Shown one piece after another: positions 31,168 to 43,173 of a stretch of DNA of 64,000 nucleotides. A model generated the notes under the pieces. The model did no database searches, was not told the DNA's origin, and worked only from the letters and a program-made list of their open reading frames with translations. The first letter of the stretch is position 1. Every line of letters begins with the position of its first letter. The DNA is from Anaeromyxobacter sp. (GTDB lineage Bacteria > Myxococcota > Myxococcia > Myxococcales > Anaeromyxobacteraceae): NCBI GenBank assembly GCA_049840735.1, contig JASGJN010000025.1:97793-161792 (forward strand), written 5' to 3'. A program made the translations under genes and the position numbers.

Positions 31168-31506
31168 TCCGAACGGGAATTTGAGGGTTCTTAAACGGGC
31201 GGATCGCGACAAGGTGCGAGTCTCTTTCGCTGGAGACCTGATATGTCCTCAAAAGACCGAAAGACGCGCGGGACGGACATCGATCACGCAATCCGGCGCG
31301 ACTCCCAAGACCAGCCGGCCGCAAACGGCCAACGAACTCAAGACCGAGGCGAATCGACCCGTTGAAGCGGGAGGCACGAAGCATCGAGGGGATCGCCGGG
31401 ACATGAACAAGACGTACACCGGGAACAAGCGGCACAGCACGGGAACACGCCGCGGGCGAATGTGTCGACGAGGAAGGCGTGAAGGGCCTGGCCTCGGTAA
31501 TCACGC

Positions 31507-32463
31507 TCAGGGCTGGTTCATGTACTCGCTGGAGCGGTACCAGTCGATCCAGCGTTTGAGGCCTTCTTCGAAGAAGACCTTGGGCTGGTAGCCGATGAGG
31601 CGGTATTGGGCGGCGGAAATGTCGGCCCAGGAGTCGCGGACGTCGCCGGCACAGGGCGGGGCGAGGATGGGCTTGACGTCGGTGCCGAGGAAGCGGTTGG
31701 CGAGCGTGACGATGTCCATCACGCTGACGCACTGCCCGCAGGCGACGTTGACGACCTGGCCTTTGAGGCCGGGGGTTTCGGCGGCGCGGAGATTGGCGTT
31801 CGACGACGTTGTCGATGAAGCAGAAGTCGCGGGTCTGGAGGCCGTCGCCGTAGATGATGGGGGCGATGCCCTTGACCACGCGCGAGACGATGGCGGGGAT
31901 GGCGGCGCCGTTCCCGGCTCTTGGGGACCTGGAAGGGGCCAAAGACGTTGAAATAGCGTAGTGAGAGGGTCTCCATCCCGTGGAGTTGGGCGTAGACGGT
32001 GAGGTAAAGCTCGCCGACGTATTTGGCCGCGGCGTAGGGGCTGATGGGGGCGGGAAGCTGGTTTTCGCGCTTGGGGAGTTCGGGCTGGTCGCCGTAGGCG
32101 CTGGAGGAGGCGGCGTAGATGACTTTGCGGACTCCGGCCTTGCGGGCGGCCTCAAGGAGCTTGAGCGTGCCGGTGGCGTCGATCTCGTGGTATTCGATGG
32201 GCATTTCGACGGACTGGGGCACCGAGGCCCAGGCGCCGTGGTGGAAGACGACGTCGGCGAATTTTGACGGCGCGATCGAGTTTGGCTTCGTCGAGGATGG
32301 AGCCTTCGATGAATTCGATGCGGTCGGCGATGTCGCGGAGGCGGGCGTGGGAGCCGCGGGACAGGTCGTCGAGGACGCGCGTGCGGTAGCCGCGTTCCAA
32401 GAGCGCGTGGGCCAAATGATGCCCGATGAACCCCGCGCCGCCTGTCACCAAAGCCGTCTTCAT
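31507..32463 (-). CDS. NAD-dependent epimerase/dehydratase (WbpP/GalE-like; frameshifted)
   Basis: VTGGAGFIG, ASSSAYG, SPYAAAK and LRYFNVFGP motifs. Confidence 0.9.
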
Positions 32464-32644
32464 AGTTCCTTTCATGCTGATGGGCCGCGCTCATCCGCGG
32501 TCCCACGGACGATTGTGCGCGATTTTCGCCCAGAAGAAAACGGGGCGAAATTCGTCAATCGGCTGAGGCCGGGGATTTGACGGATGGGAATTCATCTTCC
32601 GGGCGGGCTTCGTCCGATAATGTTGATGGTCTTTTGGAGATTTC

Positions 32645-33680
32645 ATGGCTGAACCGACAGTGATCGTGACCGGCGCCACCGGGTTTATTGGCTCGCACAC
32701 GTCGCCAGGCGGTGGTCGGCCCAGGGGTACCGGGTAATCGGGGTGGACAATTTCTGCGATTTTTACCCGCGGAGTTGGAAAGAGCAGAATGTGAAAGCGG
32801 TGGGGTCGGGGCTTGAGTCCGAGGAGATGGACATTACCGATGGGCCGCGGATCAGGTCGCTGATCCAGGCTGTGAAGCCGGAGGGGATCATCCATCTGGC
32901 GGCGATGGCGGGGGTGAGGCCGTCGATGGAGAGGCCGGTCTATCTACTCGAAAGTGAACATCGAAGGGACAACGCACCTGCTGCAGGCGGCGGTGGAGGC
33001 GAAGGTTGGGCGTTTCGTCTTCGCGTCAAGCTCGAGCGTGTATGGGAACAACGCGAAGGTGCCGTTTGCGGAGACGGACGATGTGTCGGAGCCGATCAGC
33101 CCTTACGCGGCGACGAAGTACGCAGGGGGAATTGCTGGCGCACACGTACTGGCATTTGTACAAGCTGCCGGTGGCGTGTTTGCGGTTTTTTCACGGTGTT
33201 TGGGCCGAGGCAGAGGCCGGATCTGGCGATCCACAAATTCAGCCGGTTGATTCATTTCGGGAGGCCTGTGCCGGTGTTTGGGGATGGATCAACCAGCCGG
33301 GATTACACGTTCATTGACGACATTGTCTCGGGGATTCTGGCGAGCTACCGGCGGAACGATCGGTTCCGCATTTACAACCTGGGCGGATCGGATCCGGTGA
33401 GGCTCTCGGAATTGATCGAGGGGATCGAGACGGCCCTGGGGTAGAAGGCGATCATCGATCGCAAGCCGGGGCGTAGCCGGGGGACGTGGAGCGGACGTTC
33501 GCGGACATTTCGCGAAGCCGGGAAGAACTTGGGTATCAGCCGACGACGCGGATGGCGGTGGGGCTGGCGCAGTTTGCGGAGTGGTTCAAGGCGAACATCC
33601 ATTTGTATCGTCTGCCGGGCGAGCCGGCGGTGGACGTGAGCTTTGGGCCTGGAGTGCGGCCGGCGGTGAAGGCGGCTTGA
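32645..33680 (+). CDS. UDP-glucuronate 4-epimerase-like protein (frameshifted)
   Basis: [43 protein letters not shown] and RDYTFIDD motifs. Confidence 0.9.
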
Positions 33681-33767
33681 TGGCGGTTGGTCGTGCGTGA
33701 TGAGGCGGGTTGGACCTTTGCGATGGTTCCGGTGGTATGCTTCTACGGCATTTCACAGGAGATTGTC

Positions 33768-34459
33768 ATGGGCCGCGTTTGCTTTGTCGCGTCGATCTTT
33801 CTGGTGTGTGGTCTGGCCGCCGCCGAGACCAAGGGACCTGGCCGCCTCGCTGTTTTCGCAGAAGGGGAAGTTGATTCTCGAAGACGAGTTCGCGGCGGCG
33901 CCGATCGCGCCGGAGTTGAAGGCGGTCAAGGGAACATGGACGATCGCGGATCGGGGCGCTCAAGGGCGTGGAAAAGGCCGAGGACAATCACCCGGCCGTG
34001 ATTCGGCGCGATCTGGCGGCGAAGGACTTCATAGCGAAGTTCTCGGTGCGTTTTGACGGGGGCAAGCTGGCGGCGTTTTCGATCAACAATTCGAAGGGGC
34101 ACGTCAGCCGGCTGCGTTTGATGCCCAATCTCATCGGATTGAACAAGGACAAGGCGGGCAAGAACAGCGATGACAAGGGCACTATTTGCTCGACACGCAG
34201 AAACTGACGCTCAAGCCGGGCGAGTGGCACACGGTGTTGCTGGAAGTCTGCGGCAAACAGATGGTGGCGACGCTGGACGGCGATGTGGTGGTGGCGGGGA
34301 GCCACGACGGGATCGATGTCGACAAGACCAACATCGGGCTGCCGGTCGCTGGCGAAGGCGTGAGTTTCAAGGATCTCAAGATCTGGGAAGCCGGCGCCTC
34401 CGGCCGATCCGGCGGCGGCGCTCAAGGCGATTTCGGCCAGGCAGGGCAAGGGAAAGTAG
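33768..34459 (+). CDS. Secreted ConA/DUF1080-like jelly-roll protein (frameshifted)
   Basis: Signal peptide; KGKLILEDEF, GEWHTVLLEV and VSFKDLKIW pieces across frames. Confidence 0.6.
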
Positions 34460-35606
34460 CTCGCCGCGCCCTCTTTGGTTCCTTCCCCGGGATGGGCTTG
34501 TTCATCTTGAGCTTGAGCATCTGGAGTCTGTCCCAGGGGAAGGATTTGAGACGGGCGTAGGCGGGGAAGGATTTTTCTTTGTCGTTTCGGCCGCGAAAGT
34601 ATACAGGTGTAGGGATCGACGGCGTATCGGCCGGCGGGATTTTCGGGCGCGGAAGACGGTGCCACCGGCCTTGTCGGAGACGATCATGCCGTACTTTTGG
34701 ACGGCCTTGGCGAGCATGCGGGCGTAGGGATCCATCTGCATCTTGTCGAGGTCGAGATCGGCGGGGAGGCGGAAGATCGCGCCTTCGGGGATGGCGTAGG
34801 GGTTCTTGGCCGGATCGATGTGGCCGTCGGATCGCTGGGCGGGGAAGGAGTAGTAATCCCACTTCATCGCCTCGACCAGGAGGAGGTGGAGGGCGTGGTT
34901 GACTTCACCTTTGAGCTGCTCGTCGATGGTGATGATCCCGGCGAGGAAAGCCAGGCTGGTGGCCTGGGTGCCGAACTTGTAGCCTTCCTTGGTGGTGGGG
35001 AAATAGCCGGGGTTTTTTCGAGGAATGCTTCGATGTGGCCGCCCCACACCACCCCCATTCATCAACTTCAACGCCGGCGAAGTTGCACACCTTGGCGCCG
35101 GTTTTCTGCATCTGCCAGAACTCCCAGTATTTGCCGGTGGAGGGCTGGTAGACGACGGCTTCCATGTCGGTGCCGCTGGCGGCCTGGAAGTTCTCGGGCA
35201 GGGGGACGTTTTCCCACTGGGCCTGGAGGGGTTTGAAGGTCCAGTCGGGCTTCTTCTTGTCGAAGACGCGCACGCGGACGGTGGGGACGTTGGCGGGCAC
35301 CTGGTAGACGGCCGGCATGTAATGGTTCACGTTGACGTTGACGGTGCCGTAGTAGGCCTTGATCTGGCGCTGGAGTTCCTTGACGTAATCGGCGGAATGC
35401 TCTTCAAGGGGGGCGTCGGGCGGCAGGGGTTTGTGGACGTAGCTGTCGGCGGCGAACTGCTTGCCGGGCTCGATGATGATTGAAGGGGGATCGCCGGGAG
35501 CACGTTTGAAAGGCTCGGCGGTTTGCACAAGGCCGTAAGCGAAAACAATGCAATCGAAACGATGCTGGCGGTGAATCTGATAAGCTGGGCTCGTCGGCAC
35601 ATCATG
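34460..35606 (-). CDS. Secreted hypothetical protein (frameshifted)
   Basis: Coherent protein-like segments (GTDMEAVVYQP…YWEFW; GEVNHAL…FPAQRSDG…PEGAIFRL…AVQKYGMIVSDK). Confidence 0.6.
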
Positions 35607-35704
35607 GCAAGCCACTCCGGGGGGGGTGAAACAGGCGGGGATGATACGAGCTGGCACGGCCCAATTCCATCGACGCCAAGCAATCCGCAGGCGGCGGCGG
35701 TGAT

Positions 35705-37105
35705 TCAGCAGGAGGCGGAGTTGGTGGAGGAAGGGGAGCGGATGTGAGCCGAAGCCGGATCACACAGCGGCACAGGCCGTCGAAGCTGACGGGCTTGGTG
35801 ACGTGCTCGATGAAGCCGGTTGCATGGCTCTTTTCGACGTCGGCGACGGTGCCGTAACCCGAAACGGCGATGGCGGGGAGAGCCCTGCCGGCGTTTCTGA
35901 GGTACGCACAGCAGATCGTGGCCGGTGCCGTCGGGGAGGCCCAGGTCGGTGATCAGGAGGTCGAATCGCTGGTTCAGCGTCCGGTTCCGGCCAGGACGGA
36001 ACTGGCGGCCTCGACGTCGTGGCCCTCGGCCGCCAGGAGTCAGGCGCATGATCTTGAGTGTGTCGGGGTGGTCTTCAACCAGCAGGACGCGAAGGGGCCT
36101 GGTGGCGGAAAGGGCTGGCGTCTGAACATCGGTTGAAGACGGTTCGAAAGCGGCCAACGGGGCTTCGGCGCTGATCGGGGCGAGCGGAAGCTCAACGGTG
36201 AACGTTGTCCCTTTCCCGGGGCCTTCGCTGTGAACGATGACCGTGCCGTCGTGCTGTTCCACCAGTGCTTTGGTGATGGCCATTCCCAGGCCAAGCCCGC
36301 CGAATTGACGCGTGATCTCCGGGTCGGCCTGTTCGAAGGGCTGGAAGACTTTGCCGAGGAAATCGGCGTTGATCCCGATCCCGTGGTCGTCGAACGAAAT
36401 CCGCAACCGACCTGGAGTCCCCTGGCGATCGGCGGGCAGCACCTGGGCGAGCACCTCGATGCGGCTGTCGACGGGACTGAATTTGCTGGCGTTGCGGATC
36501 TTCCAGAAGATCTGCTGGACGCGGGCGGCGTCGGCGAAGATGGGTAGGGGCGCAGGACCGTCTGGATCACCAGCGTCTGGTTGCGGGCGTCGAGATTGGG
36601 GCAGACGATGGCGGCGGCGTCGCGAAGGCATCGGGCGGCGTCGATGACCTGGCGGACCAGTTCGATCTTCCCCTGGGCGATGCAAGGTCCAGAAGGTCGT
36701 CGATCAAGCGCTTTTCGAGCGTGACGTTGCGGGCGATCATCGCCAGGTCTTCCTGCACATCGGGTGGAAGGCGTGGATCGCTTCTGAGCGACGTTGCGGC
36801 GGCGAGCACCGGTGTCATCGGCGTGCGGAGTTCGTGGGACAAGGCGGCCAGGAATTGATCCTTGGCGGCGCTGGCGGCCTTGAGCTGGTTTTCAATGCGC
36901 TTTCGCTGCGTGATGTCGCGCAGGATGACCTGCATGGCGCAGCACACCTTGGGTTCGTCGATCGGGGCGGCGGTGACTTCGACGTCGCATGGCTCGTCGA
37001 GGCGGATGATGGCCTCTTCGGTCGGCGGGACCTGTTCGCCCATGGTCAGGAGTTCGATGCGATGGCGGATGGAATCGTGGAAGTCGGGGTGGGCGAGTTC
37101 GAAGG
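35705..37105 (-). CDS. Hybrid PAS histidine kinase/response regulator, 5' truncated and frameshifted
   Basis: LSHELRTP, NASKFS, GGLGLG, LLVEDH and TDLGLPDG motifs. Confidence 0.85.
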
Positions 37106-39043
37106 GCCAAGGTTGAGTACCAGGCGGCGTGTAATGCGCCAGTCATCCTGCACATAGAAGCCGAAGTAGAGATACCTCTGTGTCACTTCGCGAATGGTTT
37201 CGGTGCGGCCCAGGAGGGCCTGTCCGAGGAGGAATGACGCGAAGCTGCTGCCTCCGCTGGCGGGAAAAACAGTGGAACCGGGAATGGAGGTGGAGAGGAA
37301 GCTGAAATCGGCGCGACCGGCGATGTCCTGCTGACCGAAGCCGTTCGCATTCTGGTTCTGATGTTGGAATCCGAACTTGAAGGTGTGTCCTTTGCGCAGA
37401 TAGCTGAAGTCGTTCTTGATGCCCCAGCCGGGTTGATCGGTGCCGTTGTAGGAGGCTGAACCCCAGGCAGTGTATTCAGTGAAGTTGAGCGTAGGGAAGT
37501 TCTGGTTGCAGTCGATTACGTTGGGGATGCAGAGCTTGCTCTTCCAGTTCTTGTCAACGTTGATGGAGTAGCTGTTCTTGCGGAAAGTATTCCAGGCGAA
37601 AGAGAAGTGGTTGATCATGGACGAGGTGACAGTCCAGTCATGCGTCACGCGGTAGGCGTTGGTGTCCCACTGCTGGATCTGTCCGTTGAAGAGGGGCTCG
37701 GGAAGGCCGGGGAGGCCATCGGGGCCTGGCTTGTTCTTGAAGGCGGTGGAGTTCCAGAGGAAGCTGACGCGGTGTTTGAGGTTGAAGACATGATCGCCTT
37801 TGACGCTCCATTTGTCGGTGGGCGAAAGCAGGCTGCCGGCGTTGACCAGATAGTTACTGACGACATAGCCGCGGGTGCCAACGGCAGCGCCGCGATTGGG
37901 TTGGACGATGGCTGCCTGGGTGGAGGCGGCGGCGGCGACGGCCGAGAAGCGATTGACGGGAATCTGATTGTCGGGGAAGATGTCGCGGATGAAGCCGCTG
38001 CCGTTGGGGTTGGCGCGCGTGGAGGCTGGATCGTAGATGGGGATCATTCGATTGTTGGGGTCGATCCAGTTACGGAAATCACCTTTGTACATTTCGGGCG
38101 TGGGGATGGTGAAGATGGAACCGTTGCGGCCGACCCGGTTGCGGAACCCTTCATAGGAGACGAAGTAGAAGGTGCGGTTGCGTCCGTTGTAGAGCTTGGG
38201 GAAGTAGAGCGGGCCGGAGGCGGAGAAGCCGAAATCGTGTTGGCGGTAGATGTTCTTGGTGCGGGCGAAGAAGCCGCGGGCGTCGAAGGCGTCGTTGCGG
38301 GCGAAGTCGTACAACGAACCGTGGAATTTATTGGTGCCGGATTTGGAAGCGAAGGTGAGGATGCCACCGCCGGCTTGCCCGAACTCTGCTTTGAAGCCGT
38401 TGGTGTCGACGGTGAATTCCGTGAGGGATTCGAGCGATGGTGTGTTGAGCGCGGCTTCGGCGGTGTCGCCGGAACGATTGGTGCCGACGCTGTGGCCGTC
38501 GAGCGTGGCGTCCCAGGCGGCGACCTGTCCGCCTCCGAGCGATAGGGCTTGCCCGGTACCCTGTGCTTCGGGAACTACGGCGACGAGATTGAACGGGCTG
38601 CGCATGGAGCCAGCCACTTGCAAGGGTAGTTCGTCTACCATGCGGGTCTCGACTTGCGTGCTGACCTTGGCATCTTCTGTCTGCACAGCATTGAGGGCCG
38701 CGGTGACTTCAATTGCTTCGGTGACCTGGCCGAGTTGGAGTTGGGCATCGACGCGGATGGTGCTGGCGGCGGAGACCATTACGTTCTGGCGAACGAAGCG
38801 TTTGAAGCCGGAGGCGGTGACTTCGAGACGGTAGGCTCCTGGGGAGACGTTGGGGAAGGTGAACTCGCCGGTTGTGGTAGCGAGGGTTCGCAGGGAGGTG
38901 TTGGTGTCGATGTGGGTGAGCGAGATTTCGGCAGCAGCGATGCCTGCGCCCGCCGGATCGAAGACGGCTCCGGTGACATTGCCGCGTTCGCTTTGCGCGA
39001 ACGCAAGGGCGGCGAGAAAGACGGCGAGGGCGAGGGTCCTCAT
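37106..39043 (-). CDS. TonB-dependent receptor (acidobacterial Oar/CarboxypepD_reg type), 3' truncated at the junction
   Basis: Signal peptide, carboxypeptidase-regulatory-like domain, KSGTNKFHGS, YVQDDWRITRRLVLNLG, then an abrupt break. Confidence 0.9.
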
Positions 39044-39140
39044 GTGACGTGGTCTCCCAGGGGTTGTAAATTTTCGGAGGCCAGTATATCAATTGCGGGG
39101 AAATGTGCAAGTACGTGGGAGGGGCGGTGGTTCGCCGCCG

Positions 39141-39887
39141 CTAGCGTGAGCCGAGCGGTTCCATGCCGCTGCGGGTGATGGCGGTGTGTGCGTCTTTGGA
39201 GGTGAGGAAGAGAAGGAACTGTTTGGAGAGGCGGGGCTCCTTTGCATTGGAAAGCACGGCGGCGCTGAAGACCTGGACGAGCTGAATTTCAGCGGGGATG
39301 GTTCCAATCAAATCGACGCCGGGCCGGTTGAGGAGTTCGCTCACGGGGAGTACCGCCATCTCGGTCTCGCCGGCGGCGATGGCGGTTGCGCCGCCGTTGT
39401 TGAGCTTGCTCACGACCTCCTCCGTAAGCCCAAGTCTGGGGAGCAGCCTCTCCTTCATGTATATGGCGGAGGTGCTTTGGACGCCGATGGATTTTGCACG
39501 GAGCAGAGTTTGCTTGAATGCTTCTACAGTGCTGATGTCCGGACGTGGGGCGCCTGCGCGGACAGCAAGCCCCAGCGGGACGCGAGCGAGATTGACTTTT
39601 GTGCCCGGAGCGATCCTTCCCTCTGCGGCCAGTTCGTCCAAACCGTCCCGGGACATGATCACAACGTCGGCGCGAACACCTTTGCGAAGCTGCGCACCGA
39701 TGGTGGTGGGGCCGGGACCCTGGGAGGGACCACGGAGTGTTGTGATGCTGATGCTGTTCGCTTTTTCAAAGGCGGGCCGCAACTCTTCGTACGCCGTCAG
39801 GAAGCCACCCGAGGTGAAGACGGTGAGTTGGGCATGGGACGCGCACGGCAGGGCGAGGGCGAGCAGCAGTTTCCAGCACTGAGACAT
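39141..39887 (-). CDS. ModA-like substrate-binding protein
   Basis: Signal peptide; VFTSGGF, AVRAGAPRPDIST and VSELL motifs. Confidence 0.85.
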   Translation of the reverse strand: MSQCWKLLLALALPCASHAQLTVFTSGGFLTAYEELRPAFEKANSISITTLRGPSQGPGPTTIGAQLRKGVRADVVIMSRDGLDELAAEGRIAPGTKVNLARVPLGLAVRAGAPRPDISTVEAFKQTLLRAKSIGVQSTSAIYMKERLLPRLGLTEEVVSKLNNGGATAIAAGETEMAVLPVSELLNRPGVDLIGTIPAEIQLVQVFSAAVLSNAKEPRLSKQFLLFLTSKDAHTAITRSGMEPLGSR

Positions 39888-39990
39888 GCGGCACAGGATA
39901 GCAGAGGAATTCCAGGATGGTTGCAGAGTGCGGAGGCGTCCCACTATAGTGCGAGAGTCCATTGGATTTTCTAAAGAATTGGAAACATAT

Positions 39991-42900
39991 ATGCCGAATG
40001 TCCACATCACGAAGTCTGATTCGTTTCTGGGTGGGAACGAATCGTTGAGCCTGGATCTGGATTCAGCGGCGAGTCCGGTGGTGGGTGTGGCGTTGTTGAA
40101 TGACACGCCTTTTCCGCCGGGGACGATTCGGCTGGGCACGGTGAAGCTGTCCGCTTCCGGGAGCGGTGACATTTCTTTTGGCGGCGGCGGGACCAAGGGG
40201 AGTGTCGGCTTTAATGCGAGTGGCGGGGCGCGCGCCGGGATTGGTGTGTATGGTTCGTCAGAGGATCTCTTTGCGGATCTGGGTGGAGCGAACCAGTTGT
40301 TGAGCGGCTTGACGTTGGATGATGCAGGCGTGCATCGCTATGTGGCGTTGTATTGGGGCTATGATCTGGCGGCTGCGGCAAAGGGCGCAATGGCGCTGGG
40401 GGTTGGCGGGTCAGCAAAGTTCGGCGTGAGCGGATCGAGCGAGGGGGTGTTCGCGTTTGTGAGGGCATACGCGAATGAGCCAGGCGCGCGGAGCGCCGTG
40501 GAGGATGTTGTGAAGAACTGGCGGCTGCCGCGGCAGATTGACGATTTGTTGACGCTGCCGCCGGGATCATGGGCGATGGCGGAGGTGGATGGTTCCTTTG
40601 CGGCGACACTGGGCGCGCAGTACGGCTACAACTTCAACTGGATTCATCAGGTGGGATTGGCGGGCCTGTCAGGCGATGTGGGGTTGAAGATTCAGGCCGC
40701 GGTGGAGGTGGAGTTGGGGTTCCATGCGAGCGGCAAGTATTTTGTGGTGGTGGGGCGCGATTCGCTGGATGCGGGGAATCAGGTGTTGCGCGTGCGGCTT
40801 CACAAAATGTCGCAGCGAGGGTTCAGCTTTGCGTTGAATACGTCGCTGGGAGTGACGGGTTCGACAGGCGTGTTGCTGCCGCAACAGTTGGATCAGTTGA
40901 TTGCCGGACTATTTGGGACGGCGGCTCCGCAGGTGGTGTCCGATCTGGCGATTTTGCGCAAGGTGGTGGATCCATCGGCGCCGCTGAACAAACTCGCCGG
41001 TGATTTCCTTGTGGATTTTGCACAGAAGGAATTGAACACCGTTGTCGATGTGAAGCAGAAGTTTCAAGAGGCTCAGGCGCGCATCGTGAGGTTTCTTGAT
41101 TTGTGGGATGGCCTGGGTGCGAAGGCGGCAGCAGTGTTGTGGGGGGCGGCAACAAAGGCCGATCCGCAGTTTCAGAGCACGATCAGCGCGCTGGCGGCGG
41201 CGAATGGGAATCCGGCGGCGTTGCAGCAGATTGTGAAGGCGCAGTTTGAACAGGTGGATTTTTTCAGGTCCGGCATCGGGCAATTTCTGGAGACGCAGGC
41301 GTCGAATGGCGTGGTGGCGCTGCTGGCCAATCACGCGGATCTGTCGATGATCAGTGTGCTGGCGCAGAAGGTGAAGGATGTTCTGGATGCGAAGGTAGTT
41401 ACGAATCTTGCGAAGTTCATCGACGATAGGCTGGGACTGGACAAGATTCGCACCCTGACGTTAGATCAATTGGATGACCGGCTGAAGGAGAAGCTGTCAG
41501 ACTTTTTGCAGAAGCCGTTGGACAACGCGGGGTTGACGGAGGTAAGGCAGACGATCAATGAACTGCTGCAGAAAGGCGACAAGCTGTATGCCGAAGCGTT
41601 GAAGGCGTTGAACAACACGTATTCGTTTGAGCTGAATGCGACGTATCAGAAGACGGTGACGAATGATGCCTTGATCGATGTCAGTTTTGATTTTGCCAAG
41701 AATGCCGGGCTGGGGCCGTTTGCCAGCGGAGCGGTGGATGGGGATTTTGTGAAGCTGCTGACGGTACCCATGGCGGGCGTGACGCTGAATGCGGCGACGT
41801 TGACTCATGGAGTGAAGCGGCAAGCTTCAGTGAGTTTCAATATGCCGTACTTCTCGTCGTCATCGGCTGGTGTGAATGAGGCGATCGCGAAGATGGATGT
41901 GAAGGCGGAGAACGGCGGGCTCTTTCTCTTTGATCTGCAGGCATCGGATACGCAGACGCAGGCGCGGAACAACGTGAATCGCTGGTCTGGGCGGTTCGCC
42001 GTGGGAATGAAGATGGCCGCGCTGGGTAGCGGTGTCCGTTCGTACGGAGATGCAGACGAGTTGGGCCGCGAGATGACGGTGAGTTACGGGTTTCGGCGCG
42101 CGGTGAAGGGATTGCGCACGGCGAGTCTGCTGAATCAACTGCAGCCGTTGCAGCAAACCTATTTTCCGGGCCAGTTCAACGCGGGTGGGAAGCCGACGCT
42201 GTTCCAGTGGGTGACGGATATGGACAAGCTCGCCGACGGCGTGGAGAACAACGGCACGGGGACGATCGGGAACACGCTCATCGGATTGGATGTGGCGGCG
42301 CCGGGGACGGTGTTGGCGGGGTGGTTGAATGCTCCTGCGGATGAGAAGGATGGCGCGTATTTGCGCATGTCCGTGGCGGTGCAAGGGGCGCTGCGGCGGC
42401 TGATTCCGTACTGCTATTTCCAGGATGTTTCGCGCTACAAGGGCGGGAATGCGGCGGCTGCGGCGGTGTTGGTGTATGCGTCGATTCCTCCGGTGAATGA
42501 GGTGGTGGTGGGGAGCGGCGGTTTTCCCGTGGCTGCGGCGCATCCGTCGTACTACTGGGATGTGTTTGATCGTGATCTGCTGCGGGCGATGGTGAGTGGG
42601 AATCCGAATACGGGGAACCGGCTGGTGTCGGCCATGGCGAATGTACGGAACCTGATGCTGGCGTTGGATGGGATGCATGGAGAGGCGCAGTTTTATGAAG
42701 GGTCGCAGGCGGGGCGTTTGATGAGCGCCGCGCTGAATTCGACAATCGGGCGGGCGGATCTGAATGCGTTGTTGTTTACGGAGGCGGAGGTGTTGAAGAG
42801 CGCAGTGGGGGCAGGACGCGCGATGGCGGAGTTTCGTGCGAATGCGAACGAGCCGGCGAAGGCGTTGGAGGAGTTGGCGGAGTTTGGGCATCAGATTACC

Positions 42901-43173
42901 GAGGCGTTTCATGGGAAGTTGACGGGGCTGTTCAACGCGAAGGATGAGCCGGATCTGTTGCGGAATTTTGGGACGTTGGTGTTTGTGGAGGCGTCGCGGC
43001 AGTTGGTTGGCGGTGCGGTGAGCGTTGTGCCCACGGCGTCATTGGATGTGGCGGTGATGCGGACGAAGAGTGCTGCGGGGGCAGCGGTGGTGTTTCCGCC
43101 GGCGGGGTGGCCGGATGCGGGGCCTTTGGATGCGGGGAGTTTGGCGGTGGAGCAGCGGATTTTGAATGTTTAG
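39991..43173 (+). CDS. Large hypothetical protein (1060 aa)
   Basis: Uninterrupted ORF with normal composition; no recognised domain and no signal peptide. Confidence 0.85.
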   Translation: MPNVHITKSDSFLGGNESLSLDLDSAASPVVGVALLNDTPFPPGTIRLGTVKLSASGSGDISFGGGGTKGSVGFNASGGARAGIGVYGSSEDLFADLGGANQLLSGLTLDDAGVHRYVALYWGYDLAAAAKGAMALGVGGSAKFGVSGSSEGVFAFVRAYANEPGARSAVEDVVKNWRLPRQIDDLLTLPPGSWAMAEVDGSFAATLGAQYGYNFNWIHQVGLAGLSGDVGLKIQAAVEVELGFHASGKYFVVVGRDSLDAGNQVLRVRLHKMSQRGFSFALNTSLGVTGSTGVLLPQQLDQLIAGLFGTAAPQVVSDLAILRKVVDPSAPLNKLAGDFLVDFAQKELNTVVDVKQKFQEAQARIVRFLDLWDGLGAKAAAVLWGAATKADPQFQSTISALAAANGNPAALQQIVKAQFEQVDFFRSGIGQFLETQASNGVVALLANHADLSMISVLAQKVKDVLDAKVVTNLAKFIDDRLGLDKIRTLTLDQLDDRLKEKLSDFLQKPLDNAGLTEVRQTINELLQKGDKLYAEALKALNNTYSFELNATYQKTVTNDALIDVSFDFAKNAGLGPFASGAVDGDFVKLLTVPMAGVTLNAATLTHGVKRQASVSFNMPYFSSSSAGVNEAIAKMDVKAENGGLFLFDLQASDTQTQARNNVNRWSGRFAVGMKMAALGSGVRSYGDADELGREMTVSYGFRRAVKGLRTASLLNQLQPLQQTYFPGQFNAGGKPTLFQWVTDMDKLADGVENNGTGTIGNTLIGLDVAAPGTVLAGWLNAPADEKDGAYLRMSVAVQGALRRLIPYCYFQDVSRYKGGNAAAAAVLVYASIPPVNEVVVGSGGFPVAAAHPSYYWDVFDRDLLRAMVSGNPNTGNRLVSAMANVRNLMLALDGMHGEAQFYEGSQAGRLMSAALNSTIGRADLNALLFTEAEVLKSAVGAGRAMAEFRANANEPAKALEELAEFGHQITEAFHGKLTGLFNAKDEPDLLRNFGTLVFVEASRQLVGGAVSVVPTASLDVAVMRTKSAAGAAVVFPPAGWPDAGPLDAGSLAVEQRILNV

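Noticed and set aside
31170..31500. Small ORFs or ncRNA between pyrB and the epimerase
   Set aside because: I found no recognisable motif or structure to support a call.
27946..37105. Mass pseudogenisation or programmed frameshifting of pyk, pyrB and the epimerases
   Set aside because: Frameshifts hit essentially every gene, including housekeeping ones, while motifs stay intact; this is typical of uncorrected long-read error.
37046..37110. TonB receptor-histidine kinase linkage or a short receptor variant
   Set aside because: Both genes are cut mid-domain at the same point, which indicates a junction artefact.
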